Positions 16,757 through 26,155 of a DNA stretch of 60,078 bases are shown here, piece by piece (the first letter of the stretch is position 1; each line of letters opens with the position of its first letter). The stretch is from IMG/VR virus record IMGVR_UViG_3300044475_000064, positions 1-60,078 of that record. The stretch is one strand, 5' to 3'. Below the pieces are notes generated by a model. It was not told the origin of the DNA. It ran no database searches and saw only the letters and a list, made by a program, of their open reading frames with translations. The position numbers and the translations under genes were made by a program. The stretch comes from a virus.

Positions 16757-17200
16757 CTAGCGGCAAGAAAAATCTTCGACATTCCATCCGCCTCCATTCT
16801 TTTCAGCGACCTTGATGCACTTGTAAAAGCGAAACCACGGCAACGCCTCGGCAGCGAGCTTGATCTTCATCTGTCCTTTCTCACTGGTGTACTCGCCCTT
16901 GGTCTCATGTATGGCAACTGCCATGTCCTTATGCAGAACAAGGAAATCGACCTCATAAAACGTATTGGCCGCTAGACGCACATTCATCGGATGAAATTTC
17001 CAATCTAGGATCTCACCTTGATGCTTGAGCATTTCTAAACGCTGAGCATAGGCAGCTTCGGTTTTATTCATCTGCCCTTTAGGTAGCCGTCCAAGCGCCT
17101 GCCAACGCTTCACACCGTCAGATTGTTTTTCCTTTGTAGGCTTTGGCTTGTTCTTCTGCTCTTGGTATCGAGCATAATCAGCCTCAGTCCAATTGCTCAC
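16757..17200 (-). CDS. DUF1064-like (PD-(D/E)xK, Holliday-junction-resolvase-like) protein
   Basis: MNKTEAAYAQRLEMLKHQGEILDWKFHP...YEVDFLV...IHETKGEYT matches the DUF1064 layout as I recall it. Confidence 0.5.
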   Translation of the reverse strand: MSNWTEADYARYQEQKNKPKPTKEKQSDGVKRWQALGRLPKGQMNKTEAAYAQRLEMLKHQGEILDWKFHPMNVRLAANTFYEVDFLVLHKDMAVAIHETKGEYTSEKGQMKIKLAAEALPWFRFYKCIKVAEKNGGGWNVEDFSCR

Positions 17201-17532
17201 GGCGCTTCTGCCAGTAGCGTATTTGCCTGACTGAGCAGACCAATAACCTTGCTGATCGCCAATGTCTTCCCATTGGTCAGCAACTCAACAAAGCGCTGAA
17301 ATTCCTCGCTCTGACAGTCTGTTGGGATACCAAGTCCATAATGTAGGAACAAAAGTCGCTTGGTTTCAGTTGGGATCTGACTCCGACCAATTTCATAACT
17401 GCAACCTGTTGTGACTGGAACACCGAGAGCAGCCCAAAATGTCGTTTGAGACTCTTTACGAGACTTGCGGAACTGTATCAAAAATTCGGGAACGATCTGA
17501 TCGTATGTCGTAAGTTGCAAATTAGATTGCAT
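17197..17532 (-). CDS. XRE/Cro-like helix-turn-helix transcriptional regulator (111 aa)
   Basis: ESQTTFWAALGVPVTTGCSYEIGRSQIP is an HTH pattern. It is the first gene of the minus early operon. ATG 17532 has RBS AGGACAGGA, and the track start 17598 lies inside the promoter. Confidence 0.6.
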   Translation of the reverse strand: MQSNLQLTTYDQIVPEFLIQFRKSRKESQTTFWAALGVPVTTGCSYEIGRSQIPTETKRLLFLHYGLGIPTDCQSEEFQRFVELLTNGKTLAISKVIGLLSQANTLLAEAP

Positions 17533-17605
17533 AAAATCCTGTCCTATTGCTATTTTGATAACAATGTTTGCAGAAAACGAAACAAAAAGCAATAACATGA
17601 ATTAT

Positions 17606-17634
17606 TATTTATATAGCCATTAATAATCTATCAA
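17606..17634 (-). promoter_or_regulatory. Leftward early sigma70-like promoter (TTGATA-17 nt-TAAATA)
   Basis: Minus strand: -35 at 17634-17629 and -10 at 17611-17606. Confidence 0.45.
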
Positions 17635-17703
17635 TAAATGCAAGATTGAAAGTAAGGCGAGATTTATCAGTAACAGGCAATTAAAAATATTTAAAAATAC
17701 TGT

Positions 17704-17733
17704 TTGCAATCTAGTAATATTTTATTCTAATAT
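17704..17733 (+). promoter_or_regulatory. Rightward early sigma70-like promoter (TTGCAA-18 nt-TAATAT)
   Basis: -35 at 17704-17709 and -10 at 17728-17733. The GGCGAGATAATTGCC motif lies immediately downstream, at 17742-17756. Confidence 0.45.
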
Positions 17734-17824
17734 AGCAACACGGCGAGATAATTGCCGTATTTAAAGTTGTTGTGCAGGTTACTGCCATCAATGGTCTGAC
17801 TGTAGATGTATTCCAGTTAGGCGC

Positions 17825-17861
17825 TGCATAGGTAGCTATGCAAACAGCTCGGTATCGAGCT
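17825..17861 (+). promoter_or_regulatory. Two tandem hairpins in the leader of the rightward early operon
   Basis: TGCATA-GGTAGC-TATGCA (17825-17842) and AGCTCG-GTAT-CGAGCT (17846-17861). Neither is followed by a T-run. Confidence 0.3.
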
Positions 17862-17889
17862 AATCAAAAACATAAATCCTAGTAATAGG

Positions 17890-19050
17890 ATGGGGAATAA
17901 CATGGCACTAAAACTTGTGACTCCTGATCAGCCATTATTGATCAAGAGTATCATCTTCTATCTATATTGTGATCCTGGTATCGGGAAAACTTCACTTTCG
18001 CATACTGCAGACAAACCAATTTGCTATGACTTTGATAAAGGTGCTCATCGAGCTGGTGCGCTACGTCGCGGTACTGTAGTTCAGGTTGAGAACTGGCTTG
18101 ATGTAGCTGATCAAACCGTACAGGATCTTGAGCCGTACAACACGATTGTATGTGATACAAACGGCGCAATGCTTGACTGTATCAAAGCTCATTTGCAAAA
18201 AAACCCTCAGAATCGCCAGTTTGATGGAACATTGACGATTAAAGCTCAGGGCTTAGCGACTAAAACTTTTTCCGATGTCGTTAATTTTTGGCTATCACTT
18301 GGGAAAGATGTCGTATTCATCGCCCATGCCATTGAGGAAGAAGTCGGCAAAGATAAGATCAAAGTAATGCGACCTGACATCGCAGGTCGAAACCGTCACT
18401 GGTTGTATCGTATTGCCGATGTCATGGGATATATGAGTAATACAACAAATAAAGAGGGTAATATCCTTCGATTCATCCGCTTTAATCCTGGTACAAATCA
18501 TCACGCCAAAAACTCAGGTCAGCTAGGCGATGCAAACGGTGATGTATGGATTCCTGACTTGATGCAGAATCCGACATTTTTAGCGGATCTAATCAAACAA
18601 GCAAAAGATCACATCAATACGATGACACCTGCACAGATCTCAGAAGCGAAAGCAGTTGATGATCTACGTGTATTTACTCAGAACTGTGAGGAAGTAACTT
18701 ACACCAGTGAGCTGAATCAACTCACAGAATCACTGCGCCTTGATAAAGAGCATCGCTATTACAAGCAAATGCGACAAGTCCTGTATAAAAAAGCGATGGC
18801 GATGAACTGTAGTTACGATGAAGAAAAACGTCGTTGGCTTGAGCCTCCTGAGTTTATCGGTATCACTGATAAACAGCGTGATGAGCTGCAGGATCTCCTT
18901 ACTAAACAGAAAATGGATGTAAAAGCATTCTGCGAAGCCAATAACCTTGAAACTTTACTGCAGATCCATGCAAGTAAATTTAATGACTGTAAGGCATTCA
19001 TCCTGAATGGTTGCAGACAAGAGCAATATCAGGAGAATGACAATGCCTAG
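17890..19050 (+). CDS. AAA_24/Sak4-like RecA-fold ATPase with a C-terminal extension
   Basis: Walker A is YCDPGIGKTS and Walker-B-like is TIVCDTNG. The layout resembles phage AAA_24 ATP-binding proteins. Alternative start at 17902 (RBS GGGGA). Confidence 0.6.
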   Translation: MGNNMALKLVTPDQPLLIKSIIFYLYCDPGIGKTSLSHTADKPICYDFDKGAHRAGALRRGTVVQVENWLDVADQTVQDLEPYNTIVCDTNGAMLDCIKAHLQKNPQNRQFDGTLTIKAQGLATKTFSDVVNFWLSLGKDVVFIAHAIEEEVGKDKIKVMRPDIAGRNRHWLYRIADVMGYMSNTTNKEGNILRFIRFNPGTNHHAKNSGQLGDANGDVWIPDLMQNPTFLADLIKQAKDHINTMTPAQISEAKAVDDLRVFTQNCEEVTYTSELNQLTESLRLDKEHRYYKQMRQVLYKKAMAMNCSYDEEKRRWLEPPEFIGITDKQRDELQDLLTKQKMDVKAFCEANNLETLLQIHASKFNDCKAFILNGCRQEQYQENDNA

Positions 19051-19525
19051 TCAAGATTTTGATTTTGCACGTCGTAATGACTACCTGAATGAGCTTCGTG
19101 CAGGTGTGATCGAGCAAAAGCAATCGTTACGTGAAAAAATTGAGATAGCACTTGCTGAGTTCGAGGCAAGTGGTGGAAGTATAAATGAAATTCCATCAAA
19201 TCCTCGTGTTCCACGTCAGCCATGCCCTAACCCTGAGCCGTACCCGAAGCGGAAGAATCCAAAGCCGTTTGAACACTACAAGTACAATACTGTCCTCCGT
19301 GACTGGTTATGTGCAGTCGAGGGGCGTGCATCGAAACTCGCCATAGAAAGTAACTACTCTGAGCCTTGGATCTCAGGTCGCCGCCACGGTTTTTTTCAAT
19401 TGCTTCTCATAGATTATGAAGTGTTGAAAAAGTGCATGGATAAGATCGAAAAGTTTGAAAACGAAACAAAGCTACGCGAATTAGCTGAAAAGTATGCAGG
19501 TGATAAAAATGACCACAAAAACTAA
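19043..19525 (+). CDS. Hypothetical protein (160 aa)
   Basis: ATG 19043 has RBS AGGAG and overlaps the upstream stop. Confidence 0.6.
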   Translation: MPSQDFDFARRNDYLNELRAGVIEQKQSLREKIEIALAEFEASGGSINEIPSNPRVPRQPCPNPEPYPKRKNPKPFEHYKYNTVLRDWLCAVEGRASKLAIESNYSEPWISGRRHGFFQLLLIDYEVLKKCMDKIEKFENETKLRELAEKYAGDKNDHKN

Positions 19526-20090
19526 GAAGAAGATCAAAACGGTCAAGCGTCCTACTGTCCACAAGTTGACGATGGCATGGGAAGTACAGGAAAAAGATCG
19601 TCGTGTGCAAATGTGGCGTTTATTAAATGGTAAAGATGATCACGACCTGATCCCGATGAACATGTTCCTAGAGATCCATACAGGAGATCTCGGTATTGCG
19701 CTCCGTAAGCACCTAATCCCTGAAAAGCAGGTGTTTCACATCCACGCAAAGATCCATGCTTGCAATGATGTCACTGGTGAGACAGTTGATGTCGATTATG
19801 AGCTAAAGATACCTGAGCGAATCTCACTATGGCAGTTCATGGAGGGATATGACGAGCGCTACCCTGACGAAGTTATTTACGTCAATAAGGGGCATGGTCT
19901 TCGCACAAAATGGGAGGGCTTAAACGTCGAACTTGAGCGCTACCTAGAGACTGTGGGTGATGATGATTACAAGATGATCACCAACCACTGCACCCTGACT
20001 TGTTACTCAGCGTTCAATAACTTTGATGATGCTGCCCAGTTGCAGGCAATCAAAATGTATCACTTAAAGACGATAGGGATAGGCACATGA
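19509..20090 (+). CDS. Hypothetical protein (193 aa) with a basic N-terminus
   Basis: ATG 19509 has RBS AGGTGA. Confidence 0.6.
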   Translation: MTTKTKKKIKTVKRPTVHKLTMAWEVQEKDRRVQMWRLLNGKDDHDLIPMNMFLEIHTGDLGIALRKHLIPEKQVFHIHAKIHACNDVTGETVDVDYELKIPERISLWQFMEGYDERYPDEVIYVNKGHGLRTKWEGLNVELERYLETVGDDDYKMITNHCTLTCYSAFNNFDDAAQLQAIKMYHLKTIGIGT

Positions 20091-20191
20091 GTAACATCGA
20101 GGAAAAGTCATCCCACAAGCGTTGGATGCTTTTATTTTTGGTCATTGGCGCTGTGTTCATCCGTGGTATGCAGCAAGGTTGGTTTTTATGA
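20087..20191 (+). CDS. Membrane micropeptide (34 aa)
   Basis: ATGA overlaps at both ends. Manual translation gives MSNIEEKSSHKRWMLLFLVIGAVFIRGMQQGWFL. Confidence 0.4.
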   Translation: MSNIEEKSSHKRWMLLFLVIGAVFIRGMQQGWFL

Positions 20192-20604
20192 GTGAGTCTT
20201 ACAAGCCGAATCATTCTATTTCAATTAATACTGATAAGCAGATTATCCAATTTAAAAGAAATCGAAGTGAGCAACGGTGTAATCACAGGAATGTGAAGAT
20301 CTTTGAGGATGAGTCAGAGGTTGATTGTGTTGATTGTGGCCAGAAAATTAATCCTATTCATTGGATTTTGGCTCACTTATCTCATATTAATTCAGCAAGT
20401 CGAAAAAACAGAGCATACCTTGCAGAATGGCAGGTAATTGAGTCAAAACTCAAAGGTAAAAACAAATTTTTATGCACTCATTGTCATGAAGTAAACACAA
20501 TTGATTTTAAACGACTACCCTCTCAATCTGCAGTGACGCGAAAGCTTAATGTAATTGAGTCAGAGAAGTCTGATGATTATACGATTGAGGAAGGGAAACT
20601 ATGA
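20188..20604 (+). CDS. Zinc-ribbon-like protein (138 aa)
   Basis: CVDCGQKINP ... CTHCHEVN. The start is coupled to the upstream micropeptide. Confidence 0.55.
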   Translation: MSESYKPNHSISINTDKQIIQFKRNRSEQRCNHRNVKIFEDESEVDCVDCGQKINPIHWILAHLSHINSASRKNRAYLAEWQVIESKLKGKNKFLCTHCHEVNTIDFKRLPSQSAVTRKLNVIESEKSDDYTIEEGKL

Positions 20605-21197
20605 GCTTACTAGACAAATCGGTTGTTTTGCTCCCTCCGTATGCGACAAAAAGCATTTATACGGTAGTCAAGGAATTTGAGCATAAAGGGAGGGCGAAAG
20701 TTCGCCTGCGTCATCCTAAAACTGGATCTGAGCACGCTAAGTTGGTGAGCGAGATCCGCATCGCCAGCGATCAGGAGCAGGCATGCGGCCACCGCATTGA
20801 TCCCCACAAGGCGTTTGAGGAATGGTTCAAGAAGCAACCGTTCTATGGAAAGCTTGTATATATGTGCGGTGATCGGATCTTTGATTTCGATTATGCCGAC
20901 CAAACCTATCGCACGCTGACCGTCAATGTATCGTGGATCACTTGGCAATATAAAAATCCTGATGCTAAAGAGTTCAGTCATCTTAGGTCATTGGATGAAA
21001 TGACTATTAATCATCTTGGTCATGCTAATCAGGAATGGCAATTGAAGTGTCATAAGCTGCAAAAGCAGGTGGATGCTATCAATCAATTGATTGAAGATTA
21101 CAAAGATCCAAGTATCACCTCGGATAAATCATTCCAGCATGGACTATTGCTTGTCGTTAGAGAGTTAGAGCAAGCGCTCAAAGGCGGTGCTGAATGA
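20601..21197 (+). CDS. Hypothetical protein (198 aa)
   Basis: ATGA-coupled ORF. Confidence 0.65.
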   Translation: MSLLDKSVVLLPPYATKSIYTVVKEFEHKGRAKVRLRHPKTGSEHAKLVSEIRIASDQEQACGHRIDPHKAFEEWFKKQPFYGKLVYMCGDRIFDFDYADQTYRTLTVNVSWITWQYKNPDAKEFSHLRSLDEMTINHLGHANQEWQLKCHKLQKQVDAINQLIEDYKDPSITSDKSFQHGLLLVVRELEQALKGGAE

Positions 21198-21466
21198 GCT
21201 TTTTCATCAAACGCCGTGACCAGGAAGGTTTCAAAATTTGGTTATCTCTCCTTGGTTACGTGCGCAAGGATCTGCCTGACGGCGGATGTACATTTAAAGG
21301 CAAGGGCACAAAGCACGAGTATGTGCTCATTACCAAGGATCTCTCAGGAAATCACACCTGTAAGATTTTGTACGCAGAGTATCGCGTGCATTTGTTAACG
21401 CCTGATATGTCGGCAACGGACATCGGGATTCAAAATATCAATAATGCAATTATGGGAAAACGATGA
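21194..21466 (+). CDS. Hypothetical protein (90 aa)
   Basis: ATGA-coupled ORF. Confidence 0.6.
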   Translation: MSFFIKRRDQEGFKIWLSLLGYVRKDLPDGGCTFKGKGTKHEYVLITKDLSGNHTCKILYAEYRVHLLTPDMSATDIGIQNINNAIMGKR

Positions 21467-21735
21467 TGAGCAACAATAAAATTTACAGCTACAGAGCAAG
21501 CGGCAACGGTAGCAAAGTGAAGGGCCGTATCTGTGCAGCGAATATGAATGATGCAACCAATCAGGTTGTTGCGATCCTGCAAGAGCTTGACCTCCGAGGC
21601 ATGAACGTCAGCATTAATGAGCTGAAAAACCAAGCTAAAGCAATGAAAGAATGGCAGGAAGATCAGCAGCTAAATGCACTTGCTGACAGCCGCCAAGATC
21701 AAAAGCGAATCCCTGTTGACATTAACAGTCTATAA
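21463..21735 (+). CDS. Hypothetical protein (90 aa)
   Basis: ATGA-coupled ORF. Confidence 0.6.
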   Translation: MMSNNKIYSYRASGNGSKVKGRICAANMNDATNQVVAILQELDLRGMNVSINELKNQAKAMKEWQEDQQLNALADSRQDQKRIPVDINSL

Positions 21736-21758
21736 TTTGCAAAGGAACAATCCATTGT

Positions 21759-22448
21759 ATGAACGCACTCATTTTAGACACCGAAACGCATGACCTAGAT
21801 GGTCTACCAATAGAAATTGCACACGTTCCTTTCTATTTTTATCAAGATGCGCCTCATGTTGAAGGCTCAATGCTTTTTGATGAATACTTTTCTATCGATC
21901 AGCCGATCTCACATGCAGCTATGGCAGTGCATCACATTCTTGAATCTGATCTTGTGGGCAAGCCATCGTATAAAACTTTTAAGTTGCCTGAGAACACTAC
22001 TTACATCATTGGCCACAATGTTGATTACGATATTAATGCGCTGAAACGCATTGATCCCGACATCAATGTGAAAGGGATCTGCACCTTGGCACTTGCTCGC
22101 AAAGCATGGCCTGATGCCCCTGCGCATAACCTTTCTACCCTGTACTACATGATCCACGGCGGAAATGCGCTTACTCGTAGAGAGCTACGCAATGCGCATA
22201 ATGCTGGTGCTGACATCATGTTCACCACATCGATCCTTGAGCACATTACGGATGTACTCGGCATCAAAGACATCGAGGCGCTATTTGAGGCTTCGGAAGG
22301 TGCTCGCATTCCTGAGATCATCCATTTTGGGAAACATAAGGGCACACGTATTAAGGATCTGCCAGGCGATTACATTGCTTGGTTGCTACGCCAACCTGAT
22401 TTAGATCCATACCTAAAAATCGCATTGGAGAAAACTAATGCAAGATAA
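21759..22448 (+). CDS. DEDDh 3'-5' exonuclease (DnaQ/ExoX-like) fused to a C-terminal DUF3820-like motif
   Basis: Exo I is ILDTETHD, Exo II is IIGHNVDYDINAL and Exo III is HNAGADIMF. The C-terminal FGKHKGTRIKDLPGDYIAWLL motif is as I recall it from ExoX-type proteins. Confidence 0.8.
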   Translation: MNALILDTETHDLDGLPIEIAHVPFYFYQDAPHVEGSMLFDEYFSIDQPISHAAMAVHHILESDLVGKPSYKTFKLPENTTYIIGHNVDYDINALKRIDPDINVKGICTLALARKAWPDAPAHNLSTLYYMIHGGNALTRRELRNAHNAGADIMFTTSILEHITDVLGIKDIEALFEASEGARIPEIIHFGKHKGTRIKDLPGDYIAWLLRQPDLDPYLKIALEKTNAR

Positions 22449-22740
22449 AAAAATTAAAATGCTTGGAGGTGCAGACACTTGGTTAGAGGCAGTAACCTTA
22501 GCAGCCAAGGAACTTGAAAAGCACATAACACCTGACTGTTTCTTATTGATCACAAAGGATGAACAAGGTCATCCTGCTACAGTCGTATCCGCTGATCCTG
22601 CTGCGACGGCTTACTTGCTCACAAGAGCAATTGAGATTATTGCAGGTCAACAAAACATGCAGCCTTTGCAATACATATTCATGTTACAAGAGTTCATTGG
22701 AAAGGGTGATACACACCAAACATCAACAAAAGTTTGCTAA
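22438..22740 (+). CDS. Hypothetical protein (100 aa)
   Basis: ORF overlapping the upstream gene by 11 nt. Confidence 0.6.
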   Translation: MQDKKIKMLGGADTWLEAVTLAAKELEKHITPDCFLLITKDEQGHPATVVSADPAATAYLLTRAIEIIAGQQNMQPLQYIFMLQEFIGKGDTHQTSTKVC

Positions 22741-22753
22741 GAGGAATGCTTCA

Positions 22754-23179
22754 ATGACAAATCAAGAAATTTACGTGCTCAATTCACTAAGCGGAAAGCC
22801 CTTAGAGCTTGTTGCGCAAATCACAGCAATCATTCCCGATCTTATCCAGTCGGTTGAGGAATCAGGTTGGGTCAAGATCGATGATGAGCACCAACCGCCA
22901 CAAGATCAACTTGTTCGCATTTGGAACGATACATTTCAGCAGGAAATGGTTGGCAAGTACATCGGTGAGTTCACGGTATGCAATGATGATTCACCATTTG
23001 CAGGTGACACTGAATACGATGAACAAACTGATAAGTGCTATTGGCCCGAAGGTTGGTACTTGTTTTCAGAACATGCAACAGATGTCATTTACTCTCACTG
23101 CCTAGACATCATTACCCACTTTAAGCCGCTAGTACGTCCATCATTTTTACCAAAAATTGAGGGTGATAATCATGGGTAA
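22754..23179 (+). CDS. Hypothetical protein (141 aa)
   Basis: ATG 22754 has RBS AAGAGGA. The track start 22559 would overlap the upstream gene in another frame. Confidence 0.6.
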   Translation: MTNQEIYVLNSLSGKPLELVAQITAIIPDLIQSVEESGWVKIDDEHQPPQDQLVRIWNDTFQQEMVGKYIGEFTVCNDDSPFAGDTEYDEQTDKCYWPEGWYLFSEHATDVIYSHCLDIITHFKPLVRPSFLPKIEGDNHG

Positions 23180-23690
23180 ACGTTTTGGAAGAAATCAGAA
23201 ACGAGCTATGCGTGAGCAGATTCGCCAAAATAAGCAATGTATTGATACAAAGAATCAATCGATCTTGGAACTAAAGCGGATGCTAAATGAATCCAACACC
23301 GTGATCGAGCGCACGTCTCAGGTGTTAGGTGATCATTTTGTTACGCTGCCAGTTAAGACAGTTGCGGTTAAGGAAATCCTTGAACGGTTTCAGGTGTCAA
23401 TATTTCAGCCACACCGCAGCTATGCAATCAACTCTGCAGTGATTCAAGCTTTAGATCTCATTGATATTATTGATATTGATACATATCAAGCAAGTCTGAA
23501 CGTAGACGAGCTAAGAGGCACAGTCCACATGCGCTACCAGTCGATTAATGGCAGTGTTGGCTATGGCTTATCAGAACATGCTTGGCGCAAGCTATCAGAA
23601 GCTCATCTTATTGACTTGCTGACAAAGCAGATTGCACCTGAAATGGCTAAACACCTGATCAAAAATCGCAACAATCGCTCTTTTAATTAA
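23172..23690 (+). CDS. Hypothetical protein (172 aa)
   Basis: ATG 23172 has RBS GAGGGTGA. Confidence 0.6.
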   Translation: MGKRFGRNQKRAMREQIRQNKQCIDTKNQSILELKRMLNESNTVIERTSQVLGDHFVTLPVKTVAVKEILERFQVSIFQPHRSYAINSAVIQALDLIDIIDIDTYQASLNVDELRGTVHMRYQSINGSVGYGLSEHAWRKLSEAHLIDLLTKQIAPEMAKHLIKNRNNRSFN

Positions 23691-23732
23691 TTTATACGGC
23701 GGCCAGTCGGTCGCCACACTCAGGAAAGGATT

Positions 23733-25499
23733 ATGAAAGAATATAAAATTGTAATTGGCCGCAACAAGGTAATTGCAACAGAGGTTAAGCATCTTGTTCG
23801 TGATCTTGGTTATTATAATAACTGGTCATTTGGTGAATATGATGCCTATGGTTGGACTTTTGCTAAAGATAGTTGTGGCTCAACTCAACACGAGCACACA
23901 TTTGAAGAATACAATTCTGCGCTAATTACACTGCATGATCTTCGCATGATGCTTGTTTCAAAAAATATCTTAGAACGTAATCAAATAAGTGATGCCAATT
24001 ACGAGGATGGATCTAATAAATTTTTTAAAACTTATAGCGGTGATCTTTATCATTTTTTTGATGGTTTATGGATTAAATGCAGTAGCTTAACAGCTGTATC
24101 AGAAACGTTAAAACCAATCCAATCTCAAGCGTTTGTCATAGCAGGTTTTGTCGTAGCAGGTGATGACCATTTCACTGCAGAGGCTAAGCCTTTGCTCACT
24201 GATTTTCGAATTAAAATTGATAGCAATAAAATGTGTGAAGAAGCACAGGAATTACTATTTAAGTTAGGTAAGAGTTGGAGTTGTGCTGGTTACAACTATA
24301 GCTATCCTCAAAAAGATATTTGGCTTCATACATCGGCGACTCAAATATTTTGGTGTCACGATAGCGATATTTTAGATTATAGCTATAAAGAAATAGTGAG
24401 CATTGATGATCTAAGGGAAATGCTTGTTAAGCAAGAGTATGTACCAACAGAATATTTGGATGCTGACGATAACTTCAAATACTATAAAACAACTAGCCCC
24501 ACATTCATAAGCGCCAGTTGGATCGAAATCCCTAATGATGCAGAAGCTTATTGGGCAAGCACCGATTTTGAAGGCTTTATCAAACATGACTCATGTGGTG
24601 CTTTGATGCTCTTTGAAAAAGAGCAATGGATATACGGTACAGGGATATTCAAAAATAAACTTAACAAAGCGATTTGGGTGCGGACTCAGCCTCCATCTGA
24701 GCCTGATCCATTCTTAAAAGAATACCTGACACCTGATTTCCGCCTCATGTTGGCAAGTGACCCTCATCCTAGCTGGATTGACGTGCCTAATGGAGCTAGA
24801 ACAGCTCTGCTTTGGGATGAGGGCACACTAGGTCAAGTCATCGAGTTCTATCGTGAGGACAATGTATATTTCAGTAATGAAAAACATCAGTGGTTACGTG
24901 GTATGAATTGGCAGGCTAAGTCAAAAACTGACTCTAGAGTTATATGGCAACGAGATCCGCAGCCCGTAACTGAACCTGATCCATTTATGAAAGAATATCT
25001 TGCACCCGAAGAAGGCTATGCACTTAAATTGGCAAGTGCGCCTAATGATGGATGGATTGAAGTGCCTGACGAATCAGTACATGCGATTGAACTTATAAGC
25101 ACTGTAGATTCATTTGTTGGCACAGTCCTATTTATGAATGCTGCAGGTCTTATATTCATACATGGTAAAACTAAAGAATTTGTGAATGGAACATATGATA
25201 CCGTTAAGGGATATGTTGATGATGGTGATTTGCTAGTTTGGTCACGCTATCCAAAATCTAATGAAACTGATAGTTCTGACCTCCCTAGTAGCATTGAATT
25301 TGCACCAATTGAAACGGTGTATCACTATTCAGCTTCGATCAATACGGCACGCGGCTCGGTCAGCTATGACGGCGTAGTCACCTTCACTGGTCGCATCACA
25401 GGCATCGAGGATTATCAGAAAGTCCGTGCTGAGATCGCCAAAGACGGCAGCGTTGCACCCGATCAAGTGAATATTCACAGCCTCACGATTGTAGGTTGA
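23733..25499 (+). CDS. Hypothetical 588-aa protein built from internal repeats
   Basis: Three repeats of about 95 aa start EYL(D/T/A).. and contain WIE(I/V)P or WIDVP. Two of them end (I/V)W(V/Q)R..P..EPDPF(L/M)K. The N-terminal module is duplicated (ITLHDLRMMLVSKN versus SIDDLREMLVKQEY). Confidence 0.75.
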   Translation: MKEYKIVIGRNKVIATEVKHLVRDLGYYNNWSFGEYDAYGWTFAKDSCGSTQHEHTFEEYNSALITLHDLRMMLVSKNILERNQISDANYEDGSNKFFKTYSGDLYHFFDGLWIKCSSLTAVSETLKPIQSQAFVIAGFVVAGDDHFTAEAKPLLTDFRIKIDSNKMCEEAQELLFKLGKSWSCAGYNYSYPQKDIWLHTSATQIFWCHDSDILDYSYKEIVSIDDLREMLVKQEYVPTEYLDADDNFKYYKTTSPTFISASWIEIPNDAEAYWASTDFEGFIKHDSCGALMLFEKEQWIYGTGIFKNKLNKAIWVRTQPPSEPDPFLKEYLTPDFRLMLASDPHPSWIDVPNGARTALLWDEGTLGQVIEFYREDNVYFSNEKHQWLRGMNWQAKSKTDSRVIWQRDPQPVTEPDPFMKEYLAPEEGYALKLASAPNDGWIEVPDESVHAIELISTVDSFVGTVLFMNAAGLIFIHGKTKEFVNGTYDTVKGYVDDGDLLVWSRYPKSNETDSSDLPSSIEFAPIETVYHYSASINTARGSVSYDGVVTFTGRITGIEDYQKVRAEIAKDGSVAPDQVNIHSLTIVG

Positions 25500-25502
25500 T
25501 AC

Positions 25503-25910
25503 ATGAAAGCCCTATCCATTCGCCAGCCGTGGGCGTGGTTGATCATTCACGGTGGGAAAGACATCGAAAATCGATCTTGGCATACAAAGCACCGTGGACG
25601 GTTTCTCGTCCATGCTGCTCAGGTCATGACACGCAAAGAGTATTATGATTGCAATCAGTTCGCTGAGCGCATCGGTGTCCGCATTCCTCCATTCGAGGAT
25701 CTGCAGCGTGGCGGTATCATCGGATCGGTTGAGTTAGTCGATAGCGTCAATAGCCATAAGTCGCCTTGGTACATGGGTGAAAAGGCTTTCGTGCTCCGAG
25801 ATCCTAAGCCACTCTCATACAAGCCATTAAACGGAAAGCTCGGATTTTTCGATGTGTCTGATGAACTATTTTCTGCGTCACATATCATATCGGAATATCA
25901 CGTTCGCTAA
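25503..25910 (+). CDS. ASCH (PUA-like) domain protein
   Basis: MKALSIRQPWAWLIIHGGKDIENRSW.. is the characteristic ASCH N-terminal signature. Confidence 0.75.
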   Translation: MKALSIRQPWAWLIIHGGKDIENRSWHTKHRGRFLVHAAQVMTRKEYYDCNQFAERIGVRIPPFEDLQRGGIIGSVELVDSVNSHKSPWYMGEKAFVLRDPKPLSYKPLNGKLGFFDVSDELFSASHIISEYHVR

Positions 25911-25929
25911 TGAGTCTTATTTTTCACAT

Positions 25930-25964
25930 AAAAAACCGCCATGCTGGAAACATGGCGGTTTTTT
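25930..25964. terminator. Rho-independent terminator ending the plus-strand early arm
   Basis: 8-bp stem CCGCCATG/CATGGCGG followed by T6 and preceded by an A-run. Confidence 0.8.
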
Positions 25965-26119
25965 GCGGATTACTTCAAAATGACAATGATATGTTTTACC
26001 AATCTGCCCCAACATCAAGCAGTACCATACTCACCAAGGAATACGAAACAAGTAACGCAGGCTTTCGGTATTCTGTGACATATCAGCACACAAAATAAAT
26101 ATAGCACTAATCTAAGCAT

Positions 26120-26148
26120 AAAAAAACCGCCATTTAAGGCGGTTTTTT
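26120..26148. terminator. Bidirectional rho-independent terminator ending the minus-strand late arm and tRNA cluster
   Basis: Stem ACCGCC/GGCGGT flanked by A7 and T6. Confidence 0.8.
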
Positions 26149-26155
26149 CTGAAAC

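Noticed and set aside
25910-26098. 62-aa plus-strand ORF starting at the ASCH stop codon
   Set aside because: It runs straight through the strong terminator hairpin at 25930-25964 and has no RBS. The spacer of about 155 nt between the two terminators also lacks a convincing promoter, so I do not call an sRNA there either.
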